Source: Parasynechococcus marenigrum WH 8102 (lineage in GTDB: Bacteria > Cyanobacteriota > Cyanobacteriia > PCC-6307 > Cyanobiaceae). From it: 32,000 nucleotides of DNA. A program made the position numbers and the translations under genes. Shown here in pieces: positions 15,374 through 23,920 of this stretch. The notes under the pieces are model-generated. The model was not told where the DNA came from. It worked only from the letters and a program-made list of their open reading frames with translations, and ran no database searches. Within the stretch, counting starts at the first letter, position 1; each line of letters opens with the position of its first letter. The DNA lies in NCBI RefSeq assembly GCF_000195975.1, contig NC_005070.1:1710001-1742000 (forward strand). The letters run 5' to 3'.

Positions 15374-17502
15374 CCGTTGCTGCGCTGAATCGCCACAACC
15401 CCCGGGCGCGGCGGTCGTGCCGGTGCCTGCCCCGGCCAGTTGGACCCCAGCGGCACCGTGCGCAGCTGCTGGAAGACGCCGCCGTCACGATCCACCAGCT
15501 CATGGGCCTGAATCTCCTCATCCCCCTGGGAGCGGCTGCCGTTCACCTCACCGGGATGCTGCACCGCCAGAAACAGAGAGGCCTCGGCCTGATCCAGACA
15601 GACCCCGGTGACCTCACACTCCATCGGCCCTGTGGCAAAGCAGGCCGCCTGTTCCTCTCCGTTGCCGCTCCTGGGAACGAACCAGCAGCTGTTGTTGCCG
15701 AACACATCGCCCGCTGACGCCTTCATCGATCGGTCGGTGACGATCCAGAGGTTGCCCTTGCTGTCGAGGGCAACGTTGTCGGGATTGGTGAATCCAAGGC
15801 CACCGGCCCATGGGGTTCCTCCGGTGACCGCCATGCGCCAGGTGAATCCGTTCTCGCCGGACTCACTCAGGCGCATCACCCAGCCATTGGCCCAGCTGCT
15901 CTGACCCTCCGGCCCCTTGAATACCGCGGGATCGGCACCCCCTGTGCTGCCGGGGGATCCGGAGGTGAACGCGATCAGCAGATCTCCGCTGAGCGGATCG
16001 ATCTTGGTGTCCTCCGGACGGGCGGTTGGGGTGGCCCCGATGGCGCTGGCCGCCAGGTGGGCATCCACCAAGATCGCCCCCTGCAGAGCCTCTCCTTCGC
16101 CGCGGTACAGATCCGACAGGGTGGCGAACCGACGGCAGTAGTCCTCAACAGCGGCGTCCTCCCGGAACAGTTCCGCGCCTGCCTGGCTGCGATCACGGTG
16201 GGGTAATTCCACTGGACAGCCGAGATCCGCATCGCTGAAGCGGCTGGGCCGGAAGGGATCGACCACCGACTCGGGTGTCACCGCCAGCCATTCACCGCTG
16301 CCGTCGGCACGGAACCGCGCCACCTGCAGCTCACCGGCTTCAAACAGGCGGGAATTCCGCTTGTCCTGCACCGTCTCAACGCGTTCTGCACTGACGAAGC
16401 GATACAGATGCCCGCCGCGGCGGTCACAGCCGGAATACACCTGAAGCGGCTTGCCGGCTTCGGCCCGCACCGCCACGGCTTCATGGCGAAAGCGACCCAG
16501 GGCCGTGTGTTTCACCGCAGTTTGGTCAGCCGAAGTGGGATCCACCTCCACCATCCAGCCGTACTTGTTGCCGGCCAGTCCGTAGACGTTGCCAAGCCCC
16601 CCCAGTTTTCCGTCCTTGCAGACAAACGGCCGCTCCGACGGCGGCGCCGCGCTGCCATCGGCATAGACCGGTTCCGGCACCTGGGATTGAAAATTCTCCT
16701 CAGCGCTGAGCACAGTCCCCCAGGGCGTGGTGCCGCCACCGCAGTTGGCAAACGTGCCAACGATCCTGTCGCCGAGGCCGTCGTCATAGCCCTGCCGGTT
16801 GCTGGCCCGGAACACTGCCGCAGCTGGACCCGTGCTGAGCAGCTGCTGCTCCGGCTCATCCAGTCCGCTGATGCCCGTGATGCGTCGATCCTGGGGGGCT
16901 TGGGCCCGTTTCCAGCGGCCCTGACCATCCCGCTCCAGGGTCATCACCCCGATTCCGAGGTCGGTCATCGCTTCATCCGCGACTGTGCGGATCTGCTGCA
17001 GGCGGCGGTCACCGGCCGGCAGCGCCGTGCAGTCGATGACGCCATCGCTGCTCTGGAGGGCCGACACAAGAGCGGCAAAGGGCAGGGGTCGACCCACCAC
17101 CTCGGCAAAGCCCTGCACCCAGGGCACGGCACTGATGTATTCGAAATTGACCGTCATCGACGCCCGATCCGGTGCGTGCTGCACAAAACCGAGGTGATCG
17201 TTGTTGAACCCGAAGCGGCTGTCGCCGAGGCGATCACCCCAGGCCGCCAGCAGTTGCGACTGAAACCCTTCCGGAACCGTCAGCCGGTCCTCCACCGCCA
17301 GCTCCCGGTAGGTGGACTGCTGTTCGCTGGCCTGGAGCCCATCACTGTTCACCGGCAGGGGCACCCGAACCGGCTGAAAGGGGAATCCTTTGACAACACC
17401 GCTGCTGTTGCCACTTGGAGCGACGCAGCCCGACAGTCCCTTGGCCGTCAACACGCCGACTCCGCCGAGACCGAGCAGGGAAAGCACGGAACGTCGGCGC
17501 AT
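15352..17502 (-). CDS. phoX: PhoX-type alkaline phosphatase (DUF839), Tat-exported lipoprotein
   Basis: 716 aa. Twin-arginine signal MRRRSVLSLLGLGG plus lipobox LSGC. CGGGTTPWGTVLSAEEN, NPDNVALDSKGNLWIVTD. Confidence 0.85.
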   Translation of the reverse strand: MRRRSVLSLLGLGGVGVLTAKGLSGCVAPSGNSSGVVKGFPFQPVRVPLPVNSDGLQASEQQSTYRELAVEDRLTVPEGFQSQLLAAWGDRLGDSRFGFNNDHLGFVQHAPDRASMTVNFEYISAVPWVQGFAEVVGRPLPFAALVSALQSSDGVIDCTALPAGDRRLQQIRTVADEAMTDLGIGVMTLERDGQGRWKRAQAPQDRRITGISGLDEPEQQLLSTGPAAAVFRASNRQGYDDGLGDRIVGTFANCGGGTTPWGTVLSAEENFQSQVPEPVYADGSAAPPSERPFVCKDGKLGGLGNVYGLAGNKYGWMVEVDPTSADQTAVKHTALGRFRHEAVAVRAEAGKPLQVYSGCDRRGGHLYRFVSAERVETVQDKRNSRLFEAGELQVARFRADGSGEWLAVTPESVVDPFRPSRFSDADLGCPVELPHRDRSQAGAELFREDAAVEDYCRRFATLSDLYRGEGEALQGAILVDAHLAASAIGATPTARPEDTKIDPLSGDLLIAFTSGSPGSTGGADPAVFKGPEGQSSWANGWVMRLSESGENGFTWRMAVTGGTPWAGGLGFTNPDNVALDSKGNLWIVTDRSMKASAGDVFGNNSCWFVPRSGNGEEQAACFATGPMECEVTGVCLDQAEASLFLAVQHPGEVNGSRSQGDEEIQAHELVDRDGGVFQQLRTVPLGSNWPGQAPARPPRPGVVAIQRSNGQPLLEA

Positions 17503-17512
17503 CGTTCAGACC

Positions 17513-18466
17513 TCAATCGGTGCAGGCGGTGGTGCGGCGTGGACTCAGCACCGCAACCCAGTTTGACTGAAGCCGCTTGAAGTTGTCATCGCTGGCTAAC
17601 ACCAGGGTCTGTCGTCCATCCGACAGCACAGGCCCCAACGCCATGGCTTCCCAGTTGTCCGGCGGCAGACCGGCCTCAAGCAGGTCCCAGCCGATGATCG
17701 GCTGCAACGGCGGCCCCTGGTGCTCAGGCAAGGCGAACAGCTGAAGCCTGGCCGTCCATTGATCAGGGGGCGCAAACCCCCGCCGCAGACCCAGCAGCTG
17801 CTGACGGGTTGGCAGGGCCAGCAGCTCCGTCAGTCCGTCATGGCGGCCAGCGGCACCCACATCGAGGGCCCCAGCGGTGCGGAGCGCATCCCCAGGTGCG
17901 CGTCGCATCAGGCTGATCCCTTCCTCGGTTTGGTGCTGGAGCAACGGCGCCTCCGCCGCCAGCAGAAGATCGCCGGGGGCAAGGGCCGTGAGCGATTCCG
18001 GACCTTTGTTGGAGCCCAGGCCCTGCCCTGGGGTGGCCCGCCAGGCCTGGGGCAACGGCAGCTCCTGCTGCAGCTGACCGCTGGCGAGATCAATGCGGAT
18101 CAACCGGGCGCGACGGTCCTGCGAGCGGCGTCCCTCACTGGCGATCCAGGCCTGCCGTCCCTCGATCACCAAGCCCTCCCCATCGAACCCCTCCGGCAGG
18201 GGCTGGCCATCGCCTCTCCTCAGCAGCAGCCTGCGACCCGGTCGCAGCGTGTCGCGTTGACCCTCGAGCCATTGCTCCAATCCCCCCCAGGGCACCAGAT
18301 GGCCAATCGGTGCATCGCTGAGCAACCAGAGACGGTCCTGCTTGGGCTGGTAGGCCGCTGCTGAGAAGCCACCCAGGGGGCGGCCATCGGCAAGGGTCCT
18401 GGGCAACGCGATCGTGCGCACCAGCTCCCAGCCGGCCTCCAGCGGACAGGGCAGGGGCAGGTCCAT
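17513..18466 (-). CDS. Esterase-like activity of phytase family protein (beta-propeller-like)
   Basis: 317 aa. LGGFSAAAYQPKQDRLWLLSDA, DGEGLVIEG, and SDDNF near the C-terminus resemble the phytase-like family. It ends 10 nt upstream of phoX. Confidence 0.55.
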   Translation of the reverse strand: MDLPLPCPLEAGWELVRTIALPRTLADGRPLGGFSAAAYQPKQDRLWLLSDAPIGHLVPWGGLEQWLEGQRDTLRPGRRLLLRRGDGQPLPEGFDGEGLVIEGRQAWIASEGRRSQDRRARLIRIDLASGQLQQELPLPQAWRATPGQGLGSNKGPESLTALAPGDLLLAAEAPLLQHQTEEGISLMRRAPGDALRTAGALDVGAAGRHDGLTELLALPTRQQLLGLRRGFAPPDQWTARLQLFALPEHQGPPLQPIIGWDLLEAGLPPDNWEAMALGPVLSDGRQTLVLASDDNFKRLQSNWVAVLSPRRTTACTD

Positions 18467-18471
18467 GGCGG

Positions 18472-19392
18472 TCAGGGCGCAGGGTGCAACCGTTGCATTA
18501 GGGCCTGATCGGCAGCAAGCACAGCGGCCGCCAGCAGGTCCGCCACCGTGGAGATCACCCGGTAGCTCAGCACCACCGCCAGGAGGGAGGCCTCATCAAC
18601 GCTGGACCCCAGGCGCAACAGAAGCGTGGCTTCAAACACCCCCAGTCCTCCGGGTGCTCCAGGCACCACCAATCCCACCGCATAGGCCAGGGCAAAGCCG
18701 GCCAGCCACTGGGGCACCGCCGGGGGCATCAGATCAAAGGCCGCCAGGCAACAGGCAAATCCGGCGAAACGGATCAGCACGAACACCACCTGAGCTGCCA
18801 AGGGCCACCAGGGGGCTCCGCCGCGGCCACTGCCATCCACCGGCAGATCTCCGCTGACCGCCGTCTGCAACTGAGCGGCCTTGGAGCGTTCCAGTCGTTG
18901 CAGCACCGGCTCCCGCAGGCGCGGCAGCAGCAGCACCAGCGACGGGAGCGGTGCCAGCAGCAAAAGACCGTCCTGCCATCCCCCCGCCAGCAACAACAGC
19001 GACGCGGCCGCCACAATCAGCAGTGGATCCAGGATCACTCCCGCCAGAGCGGGGCCTGCGCCCATGGCGGGTCGCAGCACGCGCACCCGTTCCACCAGAT
19101 GCCAGATGCCCCCCGGCAGGTACTTGAGCAGATTGCTGCGTACAAACAACGGCACCAGCGCCAGACCAGGCGGTCGCTGCCCCAGCCAGTCCAGCAGCAC
19201 CCGCCAGGCCAAGCCGTTGATCAGGATGCTGAGGCAGGTGAGGCCGAGGCCCAGCAGCAGCAACCACCAACCAGTTGATTCGAGATTGATCTGCCGCAGC
19301 TGCTCCCCCTGATGCACCAGGGCCACAGCGAAGAAGGCCAGGCTGGCCAGGGTGATCCACAGCTTTGGTTTCAGCAGGGATCGGATCACCAC
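18472..19392 (-). CDS. Polytopic membrane protein, lysylphosphatidylglycerol-synthase TM region / flippase-like (UPF0104)
   Basis: 306 aa with about 8 hydrophobic segments. NLLKYLPGGIWHLVER is typical of the family. GTG start overlaps the larC stop. Confidence 0.55.
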   Translation of the reverse strand: MVIRSLLKPKLWITLASLAFFAVALVHQGEQLRQINLESTGWWLLLLGLGLTCLSILINGLAWRVLLDWLGQRPPGLALVPLFVRSNLLKYLPGGIWHLVERVRVLRPAMGAGPALAGVILDPLLIVAAASLLLLAGGWQDGLLLLAPLPSLVLLLPRLREPVLQRLERSKAAQLQTAVSGDLPVDGSGRGGAPWWPLAAQVVFVLIRFAGFACCLAAFDLMPPAVPQWLAGFALAYAVGLVVPGAPGGLGVFEATLLLRLGSSVDEASLLAVVLSYRVISTVADLLAAAVLAADQALMQRLHPAP

Positions 19393-20618
19393 GTCCAGGG
19401 CTCCTCACTCTCGAAGCTTGCCGCCTGGGCCGCAGCCCTCAGATCAGCAACAGAACAACCACTGGCCTGGCTGAGCCGCTGAAGCGCATCAGCCTCCGGC
19501 TTCACCGTGCAATGACCATCCGGGCGGCGGACCTGCTTGGCCGTCAACACACCCCAGGGGGTGGAGAGGGTTCCGGCACGACGGGGCAGCAGCCAGCGCC
19601 CCTGTTGCCGCTCCCGCAAACCGATGCTGGGACCGGCTTCAAACCAGGTCCGTCGCAGTTGCGGGGCCTGCTCGGTTGACACCAGAGCCGTGACCGCAAC
19701 TCCAGCGCGGCCCTTCTTCATCAGCAGAGATTGACAGGCCACATCTAGGGCACCGGCCTGGCGCAATCGATCCAGCAGCCAGGCGATGTCTTCCGCCGAG
19801 GCATCATCGATCCAGGCCTCCTGCACCACCAGCGGCTGCCAACGGGCCTCGAGATCGAGCGTTGCACTTTCCCCCTGCCCCAGGCACAGCCTCACCAGGT
19901 TGGGCCGATCCAGGCGGCGGTGACCCAGGCCGATGCCGATGGCAGAAGGGGTGAACAAAGGTGGCGCCGTGAAGCGCTCGGCCAGGACAGACACCAGCGC
20001 CAGACCGGTGGGTGTGGTGAGCTCTCCCTCCGGCAGCGATGGGTCGTGCCGCAGCGGCACCTGATGGGCACGGGCCAACTCAAGCACCGCCGGCACCGGC
20101 ACTGGCAGCAGACCATGGGCGGTGGTGACGCTGCCGTGACCCGCCGGTGGCGGGGCGCAGCTGATCCGATGCGGAGCCAGGTGATGGATGGCTGCGCAGA
20201 CCCCCACCACATCCACCAGGGCATCGATGGCGCCCACCTCATGGAAATGCACCGACTCGGGGGTCTGGGCATGGACCGTGGCCTCCGCTTCGGCCAGAGC
20301 CGTGAACACCGCCAGCACCGTCTGCAGGAGCTTGGGCTCAAGGGAGGAGTTCTGCAGGCGGTCGCGGATCTCCGCCCAGTGGCGATGAGGTGGGTCAGGC
20401 TCCAGCCCGACAACATTGAGGCGACGCCCCCGCAGGCCACCGCTGCGGGTCTCCTCCACGTCCAGGCGCACCATATCTTTCAGCCCAAGCCGCGCCAGGG
20501 GAGCCTTGATCACCTCAAGCGGAACCCCAAGGTCGAGAAGAGCCGCCAACAGCATGTCGCCGGCCAATCCGGTCGGACAGTCGATATGCAGCGATCCAGC
20601 GGTCGAGTCCGGGGTCAT
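19386..20618 (-). CDS. larC: LarC-family nickel insertion protein (DUF111; nickel-pincer cofactor biosynthesis)
   Basis: 410 aa. HIDCPTGLAGDMLLAALLDLGVP, HFHEVGAIDALVDVVGVCAAI. Confidence 0.85.
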   Translation of the reverse strand: MTPDSTAGSLHIDCPTGLAGDMLLAALLDLGVPLEVIKAPLARLGLKDMVRLDVEETRSGGLRGRRLNVVGLEPDPPHRHWAEIRDRLQNSSLEPKLLQTVLAVFTALAEAEATVHAQTPESVHFHEVGAIDALVDVVGVCAAIHHLAPHRISCAPPPAGHGSVTTAHGLLPVPVPAVLELARAHQVPLRHDPSLPEGELTTPTGLALVSVLAERFTAPPLFTPSAIGIGLGHRRLDRPNLVRLCLGQGESATLDLEARWQPLVVQEAWIDDASAEDIAWLLDRLRQAGALDVACQSLLMKKGRAGVAVTALVSTEQAPQLRRTWFEAGPSIGLRERQQGRWLLPRRAGTLSTPWGVLTAKQVRRPDGHCTVKPEADALQRLSQASGCSVADLRAAAQAASFESEEPWTW

Positions 20619-21262
20619 CGCCCCAGTCGGGGTGCCGAGCTCAATAACTGGTCGGCTCTCTGGCTGAGGTCAGCCTGATCACGCCGCAGCAGCTGCTCGA
20701 TTTCGCGACGGGCGCGACGCTGTTCCCGCTGGGCCGTGGCGACGTCGTGGCCCGAAAGCCCCCAGAGCTGCCCAAGCAGAGCCCTGTCATCAGCGCCACC
20801 ACGGGCTTTGCCGTAAACCACTGTTTCCGCTGCGATCCCGGCCTGCAGCACACGACTCCAGCGGCGCAGATCCTCCAGGGGCATGCGGACGCTGTTCGGC
20901 ACAGGAAACTCAGTGGCACCTCTGCTGCGCAACCCTGCCTGCAGGCAGGCCAGGGTGCCCACCAGCACCCGTTGCACCGGCATTTGCTCCTGCTCGGCGA
21001 TCAGCAGATGACCGGCTTCATGAACGGCAATCCGCCGCAGCCGCCCCTCACCCCCCGGCAAGGCCTCCGCCAGCACATGCCCCCCCATGCCCTGCCAGCT
21101 GGCGGCATCAACGCTGAGCATGACCAGGCCACCGCCAACGGCAACCACAATCCAGGCCGGCGACAGGCCCAGCACCGGTCCGAAGGCTCCAAGCCCCGTG
21201 ATGGCAGCCACCACCAGACCCGCCCGAAGCGTTCCGGTCGAACCCTCACCAGCGGGTGCCAT
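20615..21262 (-). CDS. Membrane-anchored HEXXH zinc metalloprotease-like protein resembling the FtsH (M41) protease domain without an AAA+ module
   Basis: 215 aa with two N-terminal TM helices. RIAVHEAGHLL plus the downstream GIAAETVVYG...GGADDR block parallels FtsH HEAGH ... GGRAAEE ... GA.ND. Confidence 0.6.
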   Translation of the reverse strand: MAPAGEGSTGTLRAGLVVAAITGLGAFGPVLGLSPAWIVVAVGGGLVMLSVDAASWQGMGGHVLAEALPGGEGRLRRIAVHEAGHLLIAEQEQMPVQRVLVGTLACLQAGLRSRGATEFPVPNSVRMPLEDLRRWSRVLQAGIAAETVVYGKARGGADDRALLGQLWGLSGHDVATAQREQRRARREIEQLLRRDQADLSQRADQLLSSAPRLGR

Positions 21263-21900
21263 CAGCCGCGACTTCGAGCAGGGGCACGCCCCCGCGAGCC
21301 GCGGGACTTGCCGCCCCGGGTGGGCATCGGAGCGATCACCTCATGGGATTCGAGATGAAGCTGCTGCCCCTGTCGGCGCACATCCAGGCTGACGAAATGC
21401 CGCAGGTGCTCGAGGGGCAGCTCACCTTTGACCTGCAACTTGAAGGGCAGTGGCCGGCTGCCATCGGCACGGGGCTGCTGGCGCACCTTCACCACCAGCT
21501 CACCGGTCTCCGGTTTGGTGAAAATCAGTTCACCGCGAATTGAGAAGTAGTCGTCGCCCTCAGGCAGGCAATCATCAAGATCGGGTTGATCGGGAGACAA
21601 CGTGCTCGGCTCCCAGATTCCGGCGATCTGGAGATGAAGTTGGTCGTTGTCTCGGGAGCGGGGGTACACCACCCAAAGGTGGGGCTGTTCCATGGCCAGA
21701 TGGCGCCGCATCAACGTGAGCACTCGGCCGAGCACCACCGTCTCCACCTCACCGCCTTCGGCATCGATCAGCGTGCCCCGGGTGAGCTGGTCATCGTCGC
21801 TGGGTTTGTAGAGCCCACGAACCACCCCAATGGCCCGGTATTGCTGCGGTTCGGTGACCGGGGGAATGGGGTGGTCGCGCATTGAGACGGTGCTCGTCAA
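21262..21900 (-). CDS. Conserved hypothetical protein with an Arg/Gly-rich basic C-terminal tail
   Basis: 212 aa. QYRAIGVVRGLYKPS...HLWVVYPRS...LQIAGIWEP. The tail reads TRGGKSRGSRGRAPARSRG. The stop shares 1 nt with the next start (TGATG). Confidence 0.6.
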   Translation of the reverse strand: MTSTVSMRDHPIPPVTEPQQYRAIGVVRGLYKPSDDDQLTRGTLIDAEGGEVETVVLGRVLTLMRRHLAMEQPHLWVVYPRSRDNDQLHLQIAGIWEPSTLSPDQPDLDDCLPEGDDYFSIRGELIFTKPETGELVVKVRQQPRADGSRPLPFKLQVKGELPLEHLRHFVSLDVRRQGQQLHLESHEVIAPMPTRGGKSRGSRGRAPARSRG

Positions 21901-21973
21901 ATCAAAAGCCCATGTAAGGACTGTAGCCAGCCCCCGTGGATGACCTCAGAATGCCCACATCAACAGGCCATCC

Positions 21974-22771
21974 ATGCAGCGGGCCCGTCGAGGTGTGATG
22001 TGGGCCCTGCTGATCGGCGCCGCTGTGGCCAGCGGATGGGTCGCTGCATTGACGCTGGCCCCACAGACCTCGGCCACCGGCAGCAGGACGGTGGTGGACG
22101 ACGAGGTCAGCCAGCTGCTGAATGCCAAGCAACGGCGAGAACTCAACGCAGGGGAACGGGAGCGCTTGCTGGAACGACTCCTGCTTTTAGATCGGTTGGA
22201 GGACGCCAAGCTGCTGTTGCAGCAATGGCTGAATCAACAACCCCATTCCCTGCCCCTGGGGCTGTTGATGGCAGACCTTCACCGCCGCTCCGGCTTCCCT
22301 GAAGCAGCCCGGCGGGAGCTGGAGCAACTGCTGCGGCTGCATCCTTCGAATCAAGAGCTGCTGCAGCTGGCCGTTCTGGTGGACCTCCAGGAGGGACATG
22401 GGCAGACCGCACTTAAACGTCTCATGGCCCAATTCGCTCTACGACCGGAGGGGCAGCGCCTGGAACTCGGACTCCTACTCGCGGATCTGCATCGTCAGCT
22501 CGACCAATCCAAAGCAGCCGCTGATCTCTATCAGCAACTCGCGAAGGAATCAGCTGAAGACGTAAGAGCTGTGATCGCCCTGGCGATGTTGCACCAGGAA
22601 CAGGGCAATGCCGCCCAGGTGCAGCGGTGGCTCGAACAGGCTCGGCTGCGCAGGGGTAACAACGATCGACCAGACCCCCTGATCGACGACCTGGCCTATC
22701 GGTGGGGGCTGAGGGCGGCCCGCGTCAGGGCTGAGCAGCAGCGTTCTGAGGTTCCTGCTCCAACGCCTTGA
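21974..22771 (+). CDS. TPR-repeat protein with an N-terminal membrane anchor
   Basis: 265 aa. WALLIGAAVASGWVAALTLA, then repeated Leu/Ala/Gln helical-pair motifs (LLLADLHRQ..., AAADLYQQLAKE..., ALAMLHQEQGNAAQVQRWLEQA). Confidence 0.7.
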   Translation: MQRARRGVMWALLIGAAVASGWVAALTLAPQTSATGSRTVVDDEVSQLLNAKQRRELNAGERERLLERLLLLDRLEDAKLLLQQWLNQQPHSLPLGLLMADLHRRSGFPEAARRELEQLLRLHPSNQELLQLAVLVDLQEGHGQTALKRLMAQFALRPEGQRLELGLLLADLHRQLDQSKAAADLYQQLAKESAEDVRAVIALAMLHQEQGNAAQVQRWLEQARLRRGNNDRPDPLIDDLAYRWGLRAARVRAEQQRSEVPAPTP

Positions 22772-23021
22772 GCGCAGCATCGATAGCGTCGGATGGCGGG
22801 GTTGCGTCGTCCATTGCACCGGCCCGCTGGATGCGGTTGATCAGATCCATCGGATTGGTGGCATCCAGAATCGCGCCGGAATCCCCACCCGGACTGGTGC
22901 TGAAGATCTCCCGCTCCTCACGGTTTTGAAATCCGCCGTCCACCTGGGCCGACACCGGAGTCACCAGTGACGCCAGGCACGTCACGGAGATCAGAAGTGG
23001 AACCGCAGAGCGGAACGGCAT
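22725..23021 (-). CDS. Small secreted protein, unknown function
   Basis: 98 aa. Signal peptide MPFRSAVPLLISVTCLASLVTPVSAQ. The acidic mature part is not recognised. Confidence 0.5.
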   Translation of the reverse strand: MPFRSAVPLLISVTCLASLVTPVSAQVDGGFQNREEREIFSTSPGGDSGAILDATNPMDLINRIQRAGAMDDATPPSDAIDAALKALEQEPQNAAAQP

Positions 23022-23076
23022 GGTGGAAGGGTTATTGCGGCGATGCTAAGGGTCCTTCTGGGAACAACAAACAACC

Positions 23077-23913
23077 GTGCGGATTGCCACCTGGAACGTC
23101 AATTCAGTGCGCACCCGCCTTGAGCAAGTGTTGTGCTGGCTTGAGCAAACCAAGCCAGATCTGCTCTGCCTGCAGGAGACCAAGGTCGACGATCCTCTGT
23201 TTCCTATGCAGGCCTTCGAGAACGCTGGGTGGCAGGTCAGCATCCATGGCCAGAAGTCGTACAACGGAGTGGCGTTGGTCAGCCGCGAGCCCCTCGAAGA
23301 TGTCCGCTGCGGTTTCGTTGGTGAGCTCCCTGACGATGCCGAAGCCGCAACCCTGGGGGAACAGAGGCGCGTGATCAGTGGCCTGCTGGATGGGGTGCGG
23401 GTGCTGAATCTCTACGTACCGAATGGTTCGAGCTTGTCTTCAGAAAAATATCCCTACAAGTTGACCTGGCTTGGATGCCTGAAGCGCTACTTGGACGCCC
23501 AGGCCGAACGAGGGGAACCGCTGTGCATGGTGGGGGACTTCAACATCGCCCTCGAGGCAAGGGACATCCACGACCCCGATCGCCTCAGCGGCTCGGTCAT
23601 GGCGAGCGATGCGGAACGGGATGCCTTGCGCGAAGCCCTGGGGAACCGCCTCCAAGACGCCTTCAGAATGTTCGAGCCCGACGCCGGCCACTGGAGCTGG
23701 TGGGACTACCGCACCGGGGCCTGGGATCGAGATCGTGGCTGGCGCATCGATCACATCTACCTCTGTGAGGAGCTGATGGGGCTCGCCCGCAGCTGCAGCA
23801 TCCACAAACAGCTGCGTGGCAACGTTCAACCCAGTGATCATGCGCCAGTAAGCGTTGATCTGGACTGGCCTCCTGCTGACGACGACCAAGACGAGGACGA
23901 TCAGCTGTTTTGA
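23077..23913 (+). CDS. xthA: Exodeoxyribonuclease III with an acidic C-terminal tail
   Basis: MRIATWNVNSVRTRL...LLCLQETK, GDFNIA, WSWWDYR, RIDHI, SDHAPV. Confidence 0.9.
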   Translation: MRIATWNVNSVRTRLEQVLCWLEQTKPDLLCLQETKVDDPLFPMQAFENAGWQVSIHGQKSYNGVALVSREPLEDVRCGFVGELPDDAEAATLGEQRRVISGLLDGVRVLNLYVPNGSSLSSEKYPYKLTWLGCLKRYLDAQAERGEPLCMVGDFNIALEARDIHDPDRLSGSVMASDAERDALREALGNRLQDAFRMFEPDAGHWSWWDYRTGAWDRDRGWRIDHIYLCEELMGLARSCSIHKQLRGNVQPSDHAPVSVDLDWPPADDDQDEDDQLF

Positions 23914-23920
23914 GAGGGGC

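Noticed and set aside
16408-17580. 390-aa plus-strand ORF
   Set aside because: Antisense shadow of phoX. No motifs, and an Arg/Ala/Gly-biased composition.
19920-20678. 252-aa plus-strand ORF
   Set aside because: Antisense shadow of larC.
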